From Candidatus Enterousia sp. (GTDB lineage Bacteria > Pseudomonadota > Alphaproteobacteria > Rs-D84): a stretch of DNA of 58,284 nucleotides. The translations under genes and the position numbers were made by a program. The DNA is taken from positions 1-58,284 of the forward strand of contig JAZSDC010000031.1 in NCBI GenBank assembly GCA_045530935.1, given 5' to 3'. Of the stretch, positions 41,411 to 49,859 are shown piece by piece. The notes beneath the pieces are model-generated. The model was not told the origin of the DNA, made no database searches, and saw only the letters and a list, made by a program, of their open reading frames with translations. Position 1 is the stretch's first letter; each line of letters starts with the position of its first letter.

Positions 41411-41458
41411 TTAAAATCCTTTTATAGTAAAATGATACAAAATAAAATGGATTTTTCA

Positions 41459-43066
41459 ATGTTTAAGAACAGATTTTTCGGATACGTTATATCACTTTTA
41501 ATCCTGGCTGGCTGCACAGGCACCCACGACAACACAGGTCCTGAAAACGATTGGTTTGGCGAATATGGGAATTTAACAACAAATACCCCCGCAAACATGT
41601 ATGGGATGTTATCTGATGGATATGGCGCCACCATTTCTGATACTGCACACAACATAGCGGTATTATTACCCCTATCTGGCGACAAAGCGCCTGTTGGAAA
41701 AACAATTCGAACATCTGTTGAAACTGCAATTTTACAAAGCGGCGCAAAAAATCTGAATGTATCTTTTTATGATACAACCGACAACCTATCAGAAACATTT
41801 AAAACTGTTCTGGCGGGCAACCCAGAAGTAATTATTGGTCCTGTGTTTGCAAACAACGCCAAAATTGTCCGTGATAACAAGCCTGAAAATTTACCAGTGT
41901 TATCATTTACATCTGATGCAACCGCGGTTGGTGATGGTGTTATGACAATGGCATTAATGCCAACAAACAGCATTGAAACAATCGTACGCGAAATGCATTC
42001 CGACAACATAAAGAATTTCATAATCATGGCGCCTAACACTGATTCTGGTCATCTGATGGCAGGAACCGCCCTACGTGCTGCCGAATTATCTGAATTGGAA
42101 CCAATTGGGATATTTTATTACAATGAAAAAGATACAGATTCTATAAAAAACACCGCACTGGATGCGTCACTAAACAATGCGCGCACCGCCGCCCATACAC
42201 GTGCCCGCCAGATATTATCTGACATACTTATTAATGAAAAACTATCAGCAATCGAAAGATCTCGTCTAAATATACAGCTAGACAGACTGTCTAAAAAAGA
42301 AACAATTGGACATTTGCCATATAACGCGATCCTGTTCCTTGGCGATGGTGACGACACAAAAACACTTGCTTCATTTTTACGTTACTATAACGTCGGTGCA
42401 AATGATGTAAAGTTTTACGGCACAACAATGTGGGATGGTTCAGATATAATCACAGACCTGACAATGTCCGGCGCCAAATACGCAACATTATCTGATATAA
42501 ACCCTGAATTCAAAACTATTTATGAAAAAGTATCTGGTTCTATACCTGGCAGACTGGCGACATTTGGATATGATGCTGCAAACATGGCAATTGGTATGAT
42601 ATATTCTGACAAATCAAATGTTGCATACCTACTGGACCCCAGTGGATACATCGGTACAGATGGCATGTTTCGCTTGAAACCAACTGGCGACAACGAACGC
42701 GCACTACGTATAGTAAAATTAAATGGAACAGATACACCAATTGAATCAAAACCTGCCGCCAGCAGCTTTATATCCCCATTATATAATATTGAACAACGCC
42801 ACATAAAACCTGCGGATGCCATGGAATTAAAAACACCTGGAATTAACCCTGATAACCACATTCAAATACCAGACCGGTTTACTTCTAAATATCGCAGCAA
42901 AACAATTGGCGCAAACATCAGCGAACCAACCAACTTTCAACGCAGTAAAATCATTGCATTTCTGCCCGAAGATGACAGTGAACCAATTAAATCTGAAAAT
43001 TTCAAACCAATTAAACAGGAATCTGTCAACCGTTCATATATCGATGAATACGAAATAGAAGAATAA
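41459..43066 (+). CDS. LpoA-like penicillin-binding protein activator / PBP1-fold lipoprotein
   Basis: Lipobox ILAGC; IAVLLPLSG, IIGPVF, LATFGYDA, GMFRL; divergent from rsmI. Start at 41447 or 41459. Confidence 0.8.
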   Translation: MFKNRFFGYVISLLILAGCTGTHDNTGPENDWFGEYGNLTTNTPANMYGMLSDGYGATISDTAHNIAVLLPLSGDKAPVGKTIRTSVETAILQSGAKNLNVSFYDTTDNLSETFKTVLAGNPEVIIGPVFANNAKIVRDNKPENLPVLSFTSDATAVGDGVMTMALMPTNSIETIVREMHSDNIKNFIIMAPNTDSGHLMAGTALRAAELSELEPIGIFYYNEKDTDSIKNTALDASLNNARTAAHTRARQILSDILINEKLSAIERSRLNIQLDRLSKKETIGHLPYNAILFLGDGDDTKTLASFLRYYNVGANDVKFYGTTMWDGSDIITDLTMSGAKYATLSDINPEFKTIYEKVSGSIPGRLATFGYDAANMAIGMIYSDKSNVAYLLDPSGYIGTDGMFRLKPTGDNERALRIVKLNGTDTPIESKPAASSFISPLYNIEQRHIKPADAMELKTPGINPDNHIQIPDRFTSKYRSKTIGANISEPTNFQRSKIIAFLPEDDSEPIKSENFKPIKQESVNRSYIDEYEIEE

Positions 43067-43078
43067 CTACAAACTAAT

Positions 43079-43109
43079 ATAAACAACCCACAAAATGTGG
43101 GTTGTTTAT
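43079..43109. terminator. Bidirectional terminator
   Basis: ataaacaacccaca-aaa-tgtgggttgtttat. Confidence 0.8.
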
Positions 43110-43133
43110 TGTCGCAGATAAAACTATTAATAT

Positions 43134-43571
43134 TTAATCAGATACCATATCTCCACATAGTTCTACAGCATAACCCCCATCATAATTCATCTCTGTGCCA
43201 CAAAATAAACGCCACGAACAATTAGAAACTTCATTATCTCCTGCCATTTCTTTTAATATATTATAACTTATAGTATTGACCAAACATTTTCCAGGTTTAA
43301 TATATTGTGCCGGATTCTCAATAGATAAAAACGTCACTGTTTTTTCTTTATTATTATAAATTTGCAAAATTTCTGGTGTTTCATCTATATAGTATAAAAA
43401 GTCTCCACTTGTACCTTTGCTAATAACAACTGCATTTTCATCCCAGTTTTGTCTTTGTTGATTTATAAAAGTGACAAAATCAGCATCTCCTTCAGGATGT
43501 GTTGTAAACTCTTCGGCAAAAGCATTTATTGATACAACGGCTAATAAACCAGCAAAAATATATTTTTTCAT
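43134..43571 (-). CDS. Secreted hypothetical protein, AT-rich, directly behind the duplicated tRNA-Tyr 3' end
   Basis: AAGGA SD; MKKYIFAGLLAVVSINAFA signal peptide; four Cys. Confidence 0.7.
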   Translation of the reverse strand: MKKYIFAGLLAVVSINAFAEEFTTHPEGDADFVTFINQQRQNWDENAVVISKGTSGDFLYYIDETPEILQIYNNKEKTVTFLSIENPAQYIKPGKCLVNTISYNILKEMAGDNEVSNCSWRLFCGTEMNYDGGYAVELCGDMVSD

Positions 43572-43606
43572 AACGTATCCTTTATTTAGAAAAACTATAT
43601 CACAAA

Positions 43607-43672
43607 ATAAACCACAACACACTAAAAATAAATGGTCGCTTTTCAGCAACCATTTATTTTTAGTGGTGGGAG
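43607..43672. repeat. 66-bp direct repeat, copy A (tRNA-Tyr 3' end plus terminator hairpin)
   Basis: Identical to 44419-44484; the minus strand reads CTCCCACCA-CTAAAAATAAATGGT...ACCATTTATTTTTAG-TGTGTTGTGGTTTAT. Confidence 0.95.
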
Positions 43673-43758
43673 ACAGCTTGCACTAATCGAGCAGAAAACA
43701 AACAAGAATTTTCCGATTTAATGTTGCAAGTGAAATTGTTTAAAGAACGGTGGTTAAA

Positions 43759-44076
43759 TTAATATGCCATATGGCTTAAACCATAAACCAATAATATAAA
43801 CCATAAAACACACAATACTATGGCGAAAAGTCCGACATGCTTTTTATATTTTGGCGCAATAATTCTTGATACAAAGAAAACAGCGATAGTTGGTAATATT
43901 AATAAATCTAAAATAATAAAAACATTTCCGTATGAATTCCATAGTGCAGAACTATAAAAAAAGTGTTCAATCCATGCACAAATCATTGTGCAAACCCACC
44001 ATGTAAAACATATAGCAGGCAATAATACAACCCAACGAAAAACATCAAGACCTTTGTATGAATTAGTTTTTTTCAT
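43759..44076 (-). CDS. Small three-TM membrane protein between the direct repeats
   Basis: 105 aa, three hydrophobic segments; upstream TGnTATAAT and an AAGGG SD-like motif. Confidence 0.7.
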   Translation of the reverse strand: MKKTNSYKGLDVFRWVVLLPAICFTWWVCTMICAWIEHFFYSSALWNSYGNVFIILDLLILPTIAVFFVSRIIAPKYKKHVGLFAIVLCVLWFILLVYGLSHMAY

Positions 44077-44290
44077 GTTTTTACCCTTTTGTTGATAAAA
44101 TTATATCACATAATTTTATCATACTAAAATTAAAAACCGCCTCGGTGAATTCGAACAGAGCAAACACTTGGAAATCCAGACCGTTCGAAGATTGGTAAAA
44201 ATTAGTGTTTTTTAAATATGATATTTTCGAACCTTTAAAACTATTAGAAAACAAAAAGAAAACCACACCTTTATGGTGCGGTGTATCTTT

Positions 44291-44418
44291 TGGTGGGAGT
44301 GGCTGATTCCCTCGGACAAATATCCTGCGGGGCATTCGTTAGCACTCGAACTGCGCACTGCTTGTTCTCGCTTACTCATTGTCGAACCTGCAATCTTTCG
44401 ATTGCGTGTTTCAAATCC
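44291..44418 (-). repeat. tRNA-linked structured repeat ending in a copy of the tRNA-Tyr 3' end
   Basis: Minus strand: GGATTTGAAAC..GCAATC-GAAA-GATTGC-AGGTTCGAC...AATCAGCCACTCCCACCA. The last 15 nt match the tRNA-Tyr 3' end, and a hairpin plus U-tract follows (about 44253-44290). Confidence 0.75.
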
Positions 44419-44484
44419 ATAAACCACAACACACTAAAAATAAATGGTCGCTTTTCAGCAACCATTTATTTTTAGTGGTGGGAG
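44419..44484. repeat. 66-bp direct repeat, copy B (overlaps the tRNA-Tyr CCA end and its terminator)
   Basis: Identical to 43607-43672. Confidence 0.95.
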
Positions 44485-44562
44485 TGGCTGGATTCGAACC
44501 AGCTCAGGCTTAAGCCAACAGATTTACAGTCTGCCCCGGCTCTCCAACTCCGGCGCACGCCC
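44476..44562 (-). tRNA. tRNA-Tyr(GUA)
   Basis: GGGCGTG..GCAGA-CTGTAAA-TCTGT, long variable arm, GCTGG-TTCGAAT-CCAGC, encoded CCA. Confidence 0.95.
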
Positions 44563-44567
44563 AATCC

Positions 44568-44642
44568 TGGTGCGGGCAGCGGGAATCGAACCCGCATTTC
44601 AAGCTTGGAAGGCTTGCATACTAGCCTTTGTACTATGCCCGC
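44568..44642 (-). tRNA. tRNA-Gly(UCC)
   Basis: GCGGGCA..CAAGC-CTTCCAA-GCTTG..GCGGG-TTCGATT-CCCGC-TGCCCGC-A-CCA. Confidence 0.97.
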
Positions 44643-44662
44643 AACAAATTTAAAGCCCTGTG

Positions 44663-44690
44663 ATTATATACTAAATGAAAATAAAATCAA
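44663..44690 (-). promoter_or_regulatory. Putative promoter of the tRNA-Gly/tRNA-Tyr operon
   Basis: TTGATT-16 nt-TATAAT on the minus strand with an AT-rich upstream tract. Confidence 0.55.
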
Positions 44691-44915
44691 GAATAAAGTA
44701 AAAGCAAAAATTTTTTTATTCCCCCCGCAATGGGAATAAAAATAAAAGATAATGGTATAGATATGGACAGTGCCGTCCCTGTAGTGTACAAACACTACCC
44801 CCCTTGCACTTGGAACAGAATGAACAAAAATGGTTTAGATAAAAGAAAAACCGACAACGCAGTGTACAGAAGTTACATAAGTTGTCGGTTTTACTTTTAG
44901 ATAAATTATTTTTGT

Positions 44916-45632
44916 TTATTCTGCGGCGGTGAATACCTTCTGCACATCATCATTCGCATCCAGCGCATCAACCAGCTTTTCTAATTTAGCATAAGCTTCA
45001 TCATCTAAATCCATTGGCATGTTTGGCAACCATGTCAGTTCAGCCTGTTCTGGTTCGCCCAGCTTATCTGCCAAGAATTTTTGAACATTGATAAAATCTT
45101 CTGGTTTTGTTGTGATGATAAAACCTTCTTCAGATGCCTCCATATTATCAACTTCGGCCTCCATAATAATTTCCATCATTTCATCTTCGGTTTTGCCGAT
45201 TGATGCAGGATACATAATCTGACCTGCGCGTGTAAACATAAACACAACAGACCCTTCTTCACCCATATTACCGCCATTTTTACCAAAGATATTGCGAATT
45301 TCTGGCACCGTACGGCGTGGATTGTCGGTCAATGCCTCTACAATAACAGGCACTGCACCCGGGCCATATCCTTCATAGCGCACAGCTTCATAACTTTCTG
45401 TATTTGCACCTGACGCCTTTTCAATTGCGCGTTTAATATTATCGTTTGGCATAGAATTCTTGCGTGCGGTCAGAATTGCCAAACGCAGGCGTGGATTATT
45501 ATCTGGATTTTTATCGCCCAACTTAGCCGCCATAGTAATTTCACGCGCCAGTTTTGTAAACAAACCACTGCGTGCTGCATCGGCAGCGCCCTTTTTATGT
45601 TGAATATTATGCCATTTACTGTGTCCACTCAT
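44916..45632 (-). CDS. yebC: YebC/PmpR family protein
   Basis: MSGHSKWHNIQHKKG, NPRLRLA, YEGYGPG, LTDN, DDVQKV. Confidence 0.96.
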   Translation of the reverse strand: MSGHSKWHNIQHKKGAADAARSGLFTKLAREITMAAKLGDKNPDNNPRLRLAILTARKNSMPNDNIKRAIEKASGANTESYEAVRYEGYGPGAVPVIVEALTDNPRRTVPEIRNIFGKNGGNMGEEGSVVFMFTRAGQIMYPASIGKTEDEMMEIIMEAEVDNMEASEEGFIITTKPEDFINVQKFLADKLGEPEQAELTWLPNMPMDLDDEAYAKLEKLVDALDANDDVQKVFTAAE

Positions 45633-45682
45633 ATTTGACCTTTTTATTTATTTAGATTAAAATTACCCCAAAAGGATAACAA

Positions 45683-46276
45683 ATGATTGGAAAATTGCAA
45701 GGCATTGTTGATTATATCGGCGACGGTTTTATCATTTTATTAACAAACGGCGTTGGATACAAGGTACACACCGCCGAATACCTGACCCATAAATCAACGG
45801 TGGAACTGTGGATTGAAACAGTTGTACGCGAAGATTCCATTCGTCTGTTTGGTTTTACAACCCTGAACGGTCAAAGCCTGTTTAACATGCTGACAACTGT
45901 ATCTGGTGTAGGACCTAAGGTTGCGTTGGCAATACTGGGGACAATTAATTCTGATACATTAATGTCTGCGATTGCCACAAACGATGCAAAAACAATCGCC
46001 ACCGCCCCCGGCGTTGGTAAAAAGATGGCAGAAAAAATCATTGTTGAACTGAAAAACAAAATCGGTGGCGCATCTGCGACATTATTTGCACCAAATTCCG
46101 GCACAAGCGCGTCCGCATCATCTGCCCTGCCCGATTTGCTGATGGCATTGGAAGCCTTGGGCTATCGCCGTCTGAATATAATTGAAATGGCACAACACCT
46201 GGTAAATCAAAACCCAACCGCAGATGTATCAAAACTGGTCCCATTGGCATTAAAAGAAATCAGCAAAGCTAAATAA
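45683..46276 (+). CDS. ruvA: Holliday junction branch migration protein RuvA
   Basis: MIGKLQG, GVGY, VREDSIRLFGF, VSGVGPK, PGVGKK.AEKIIVELK, ALEALGY. Confidence 0.96.
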   Translation: MIGKLQGIVDYIGDGFIILLTNGVGYKVHTAEYLTHKSTVELWIETVVREDSIRLFGFTTLNGQSLFNMLTTVSGVGPKVALAILGTINSDTLMSAIATNDAKTIATAPGVGKKMAEKIIVELKNKIGGASATLFAPNSGTSASASSALPDLLMALEALGYRRLNIIEMAQHLVNQNPTADVSKLVPLALKEISKAK

Positions 46277-46300
46277 AAATCGCCCCAGATGGGGCAATTT

Positions 46301-48097
46301 TTATTCACCAACAAACCCACCTGTCTGCACATCCCATAATTTACGATATGCACCATTTGCGCGTAACAGCTGCACATGCGTACCACTTTCTACAATTTTC
46401 CCCTTGTCCAGAACGATAATCCTGTCCATATTACGCAATGTTGACAGACGATGCGCAATTGCAATTGTTGTCTTACCCCGCATAACAGTTTTCAACGATT
46501 TCTGAATCAACAATTCATTTTCAGAATCCAGCGCAGATGTCGCTTCGTCCAGAATCAATATTGGTGCATTTTTCAGTATTGCACGCGCAATTGCGATGCG
46601 TTGTCTTTGCCCACCAGACAATTTAATCCCACGATTACCAACCAACGTATCATATCCATCTGGCAACCCAGCAATAAATTCATGAATGTTTGCACGCTTT
46701 GCAGCATTTATAACATCTGCCCTGCTGGCATTCGGACGCGCATAGCGAATATTATCCATCAATGAACGATTAAACAAGACCGCTTCCTGGGGCACAAAAG
46801 ATATATTTTTATGCAGCGAATCCTGCTTTACATTACGAATATCCACCCCGTCTATTTTTATCGCACCAGAATTAACATCATAGGCACGCAGTATCAGATT
46901 AACCAATGTTGTTTTACCCGCCCCCGACAGGCCAACAATACCAATCTTTTCACGCGGTTTCACCACCAGGTTAAAATGTTTAATAACATCTTTTTTACCA
47001 TAGTTAAACGACACATCATCAAAATCAATTTGCCCTTTTACCTTGGTTAAATTCTTTGCCCCCGGCGCATCAACAATCGAACACGGCTGAATTATATCAT
47101 CATACGCATGCACAGACTTTGCCTTGTTTTCACTGTATTCAACGAACACAGAAACCAGATAATCAAACGAACTTGTAATTTGGCGTCCTGCAACAAAGAC
47201 AAACATACCATCTGCCAACGCCATTGTACCATTTTTGATAAAATACCAACACATCAGCACCAACATAAAACTAATTGCATACCACAATGCCAAAGAAGGC
47301 CTATCTTGGACACGACGCAAGAATCCAATTTTATGCTCTATTTCAATTTGTTCTGCCTGTTGATTCCAGATGTATTTATTTTCATATTCCACATTCCCAA
47401 ACAACTTAGCAGTCATCGCATTTCCCAGACTATCTGTCCGCATACCAGATATTCTAGAACTGACCTCTTGTAATAATTTTTGTTGTGCGTTAATCTTGCG
47501 CTGCCATATAAATCGCCAACCCGTACGCACCCCAGCAGCAACAATAATCATTAACGCAATCCACATATTTTGCCACAAAATACCAACCGACAAAACCAAC
47601 ATAGACAGGCTATATTTTATAATATCTGTATAATATTCCAGCGTCATCTTGTTCAGATTTGTACGAATTGTTCCAATTTGATTCGTCACCTGACCTGCCG
47701 GCCTATTTATAAAAAAGTCCGTATCATTTTTATACACACGCTTATACAATACAAACCCAGTATATCTGTTAATAATCGGTCGCCAATACAAATTCATATA
47801 TTGCCTTACACTGCCCATCAGGAAAATTGCAACAAACCAAATCGCAATCCATACTATCTTTTCATTCCACATCCCCTGGGACGCACTTTCAAATATTTCC
47901 ACTGCCCACTTATTAGCAAACGGGAACACAATATAATCAAATGAAAATGTCAGAATTATTGCAATACTGGTAACGCTATAAAAAAACGGAAAGCGTCGCA
48001 CCACCGACCAATAAAAACCAAAAACAGTCGCCGGAAAAGCCACCCCCACAGATTTGTCTGTATTTTGTTTTAATTTTTGTAATTTTTTATAAAACAT
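46301..48097 (-). CDS. ABC exporter, fused permease/ATPase
   Basis: Six-TM N-terminal half; GLSGAGKTT, LSGGQRQR, LILDEATSALD, IAHRLST. Confidence 0.93.
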   Translation of the reverse strand: MFYKKLQKLKQNTDKSVGVAFPATVFGFYWSVVRRFPFFYSVTSIAIILTFSFDYIVFPFANKWAVEIFESASQGMWNEKIVWIAIWFVAIFLMGSVRQYMNLYWRPIINRYTGFVLYKRVYKNDTDFFINRPAGQVTNQIGTIRTNLNKMTLEYYTDIIKYSLSMLVLSVGILWQNMWIALMIIVAAGVRTGWRFIWQRKINAQQKLLQEVSSRISGMRTDSLGNAMTAKLFGNVEYENKYIWNQQAEQIEIEHKIGFLRRVQDRPSLALWYAISFMLVLMCWYFIKNGTMALADGMFVFVAGRQITSSFDYLVSVFVEYSENKAKSVHAYDDIIQPCSIVDAPGAKNLTKVKGQIDFDDVSFNYGKKDVIKHFNLVVKPREKIGIVGLSGAGKTTLVNLILRAYDVNSGAIKIDGVDIRNVKQDSLHKNISFVPQEAVLFNRSLMDNIRYARPNASRADVINAAKRANIHEFIAGLPDGYDTLVGNRGIKLSGGQRQRIAIARAILKNAPILILDEATSALDSENELLIQKSLKTVMRGKTTIAIAHRLSTLRNMDRIIVLDKGKIVESGTHVQLLRANGAYRKLWDVQTGGFVGE

Positions 48098-48268
48098 AAG
48101 ACCCCCTTTTTTGACACCAACGCATTATTTACTAAAATCAACAGGTTAGTTCAAGGCGTTTTTGACAAAAATTGACAAATAAACCGTTTGACATTTCTCT
48201 CCTTTTGATTATACTAATAGTATCATAAAACAATTGGCAACAAAAGTTAGATTCCTATTCCCCACAAC

Positions 48269-49570
48269 ATGAATAATAACGACACAATTTTTGCATTATC
48301 ATCTGGCCACGGCAAATCCGGCGTTGCAGTAATTCGTATTTCTGGCGACAATCTGACAAACACATTTACAACATTTATAAATAAATCAGATTTTGCACCA
48401 CGCCACGCATACTTTTGTAATTTGCGCGACAGCATGGACGAACTGATTGATCAGTGCCTGGCAATATATTTTCCTGCACCCTATTCTTTCACCGGCACAG
48501 ATGTTATTGAATTACACACACACGGCGCACCTGCAACAATAAACGCAGTGTTTGAACATCTGAAAACATTTGGCATGCGCATGGCAACCCCTGGCGAATT
48601 TTCACGTCGTGCATTTTATAACAATAAAATGGATTTAGCCGATGTTGATGGCCTGGCGGCATTATTGGACGCACAAACAGATGTTCAGCGCAAACATGCC
48701 CTGCGTTCTATGCTGGGCCATGACAGCCATATTTACAACACATGGCGTGAACAAATGGTTGAAATATCGGCGTATGCGGCGGCAATTCTGGACTATAATG
48801 CAGACGACCTGCCACAAAACATTGGCGAAACAATTCACGCGCGTACAGAAAAACTGTATAAAGAAATTGACAGCGCACTGAATAATTATCAAACATCACG
48901 CGCAATTCGCGGCGGAATAAATGTTGTACTGGTCGGCGAAACAAATGTTGGTAAATCATCAATATTTAATTATCTGGCAGGTTCAAATCGCGCAATCGTA
49001 TCTGATATTGCCGGCACCACACGCGATGTCGTGTCAATCAATCTGGATATTGATGGATTTTTGATTAACTTGTCTGACACAGCAGGGTTACGCGAAACAA
49101 GCGACAAAATTGAATCAATCGGAATTGAACGCACCAAATCAGAAATCCAAAACGCAGACATTATAATTCATGTCTATACGCCAGAATCTGTGACACACAG
49201 CAATTTACACAACAATGAAATTATTGTTATAAATAAATCAGATACAACCGACATACATAATATAAAAAATGTAATTTATACATCCGTCAAAACAGGCGAC
49301 GGCATGAAAACACTGACCGACACATTGCGTGAAAAGATACATAAAATCATGGATGGCAGCGAAGATAAATTAACACTGAACGCGCGCACAAAATCATTAC
49401 TGGAATCTGCACGCGACGATTTATCATACGCCCTGGGCGCCGGCGAAAACTATGACATATTTGCCGAACACACACGCCGCGCATCTGATTCAATTGGCAA
49501 AATTCTGGGCACAATCACCGCAACCGAAGTACTGGATAAAACATTCGGTCAACTATGCCTTGGAAAATAA
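48269..49570 (+). CDS. mnmE: tRNA modification GTPase MnmE/TrmE
   Basis: TIFALSS, VAVIRISG, SFTG.D, PGEFSRRAF, GETNVGKSS, GTTRD, DTAGLR, NKSD, CLGK. Confidence 0.96.
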   Translation: MNNNDTIFALSSGHGKSGVAVIRISGDNLTNTFTTFINKSDFAPRHAYFCNLRDSMDELIDQCLAIYFPAPYSFTGTDVIELHTHGAPATINAVFEHLKTFGMRMATPGEFSRRAFYNNKMDLADVDGLAALLDAQTDVQRKHALRSMLGHDSHIYNTWREQMVEISAYAAAILDYNADDLPQNIGETIHARTEKLYKEIDSALNNYQTSRAIRGGINVVLVGETNVGKSSIFNYLAGSNRAIVSDIAGTTRDVVSINLDIDGFLINLSDTAGLRETSDKIESIGIERTKSEIQNADIIIHVYTPESVTHSNLHNNEIIVINKSDTTDIHNIKNVIYTSVKTGDGMKTLTDTLREKIHKIMDGSEDKLTLNARTKSLLESARDDLSYALGAGENYDIFAEHTRRASDSIGKILGTITATEVLDKTFGQLCLGK

Positions 49571-49598
49571 AACCCCACAAAATGTGGGATTTTTTTTT
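49570..49598. terminator. Bidirectional terminator
   Basis: cccaca-aaa-tgtggg core, the same as at 43079, flanked by A and T tracts. Confidence 0.7.
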
Positions 49599-49833
49599 AT
49601 CTCATTGGCAAAAAGCAATTTTCACCTGTTTCTGGACAACACGCAAACCCTTGCCCTTCCAGTTCTGTATAAACCTCTCCTGCGCAGCATCCATTTTCAT
49701 CTGGGAATCCGCCATTTGGACACATCGCATCTGATTTAAAAATATCACGATTTGCATACAACAACGCACCACAAAATGCCCCGACAAGAAACGCAACACA
49801 AACAACCAAAATCATACGTATCTTTGTTTTCAT
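49597..49833 (-). CDS. Small membrane-anchored protein with a 6-Cys C-terminal domain
   Basis: AGGAG SD; N-terminal TM segment; CPNGGFPDENGCC...FACC...CFLPMR. Confidence 0.75.
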   Translation of the reverse strand: MKTKIRMILVVCVAFLVGAFCGALLYANRDIFKSDAMCPNGGFPDENGCCAGEVYTELEGQGFACCPETGENCFLPMR

Positions 49834-49859
49834 AATCTATCTCCTGATATTATACCAAA

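Noticed and set aside
43607-44484. Direct repeats as a CRISPR array
   Set aside because: There are only two full copies, 812 bp apart. They derive from the tRNA 3' end and terminator, with no regular spacers and no cas genes.
44081-44653. ORFs 44081-44335, 44212-44427, 44281-44475 and 44444-44653
   Set aside because: They overlap tRNAs, terminators and the structured repeat, and lack SD motifs or protein-like features.
44763-44900. 45-codon plus-strand ORF (MDSAVPVVYK...)
   Set aside because: It has no SD motif and runs through inverted repeats, so it is probably a chance frame.
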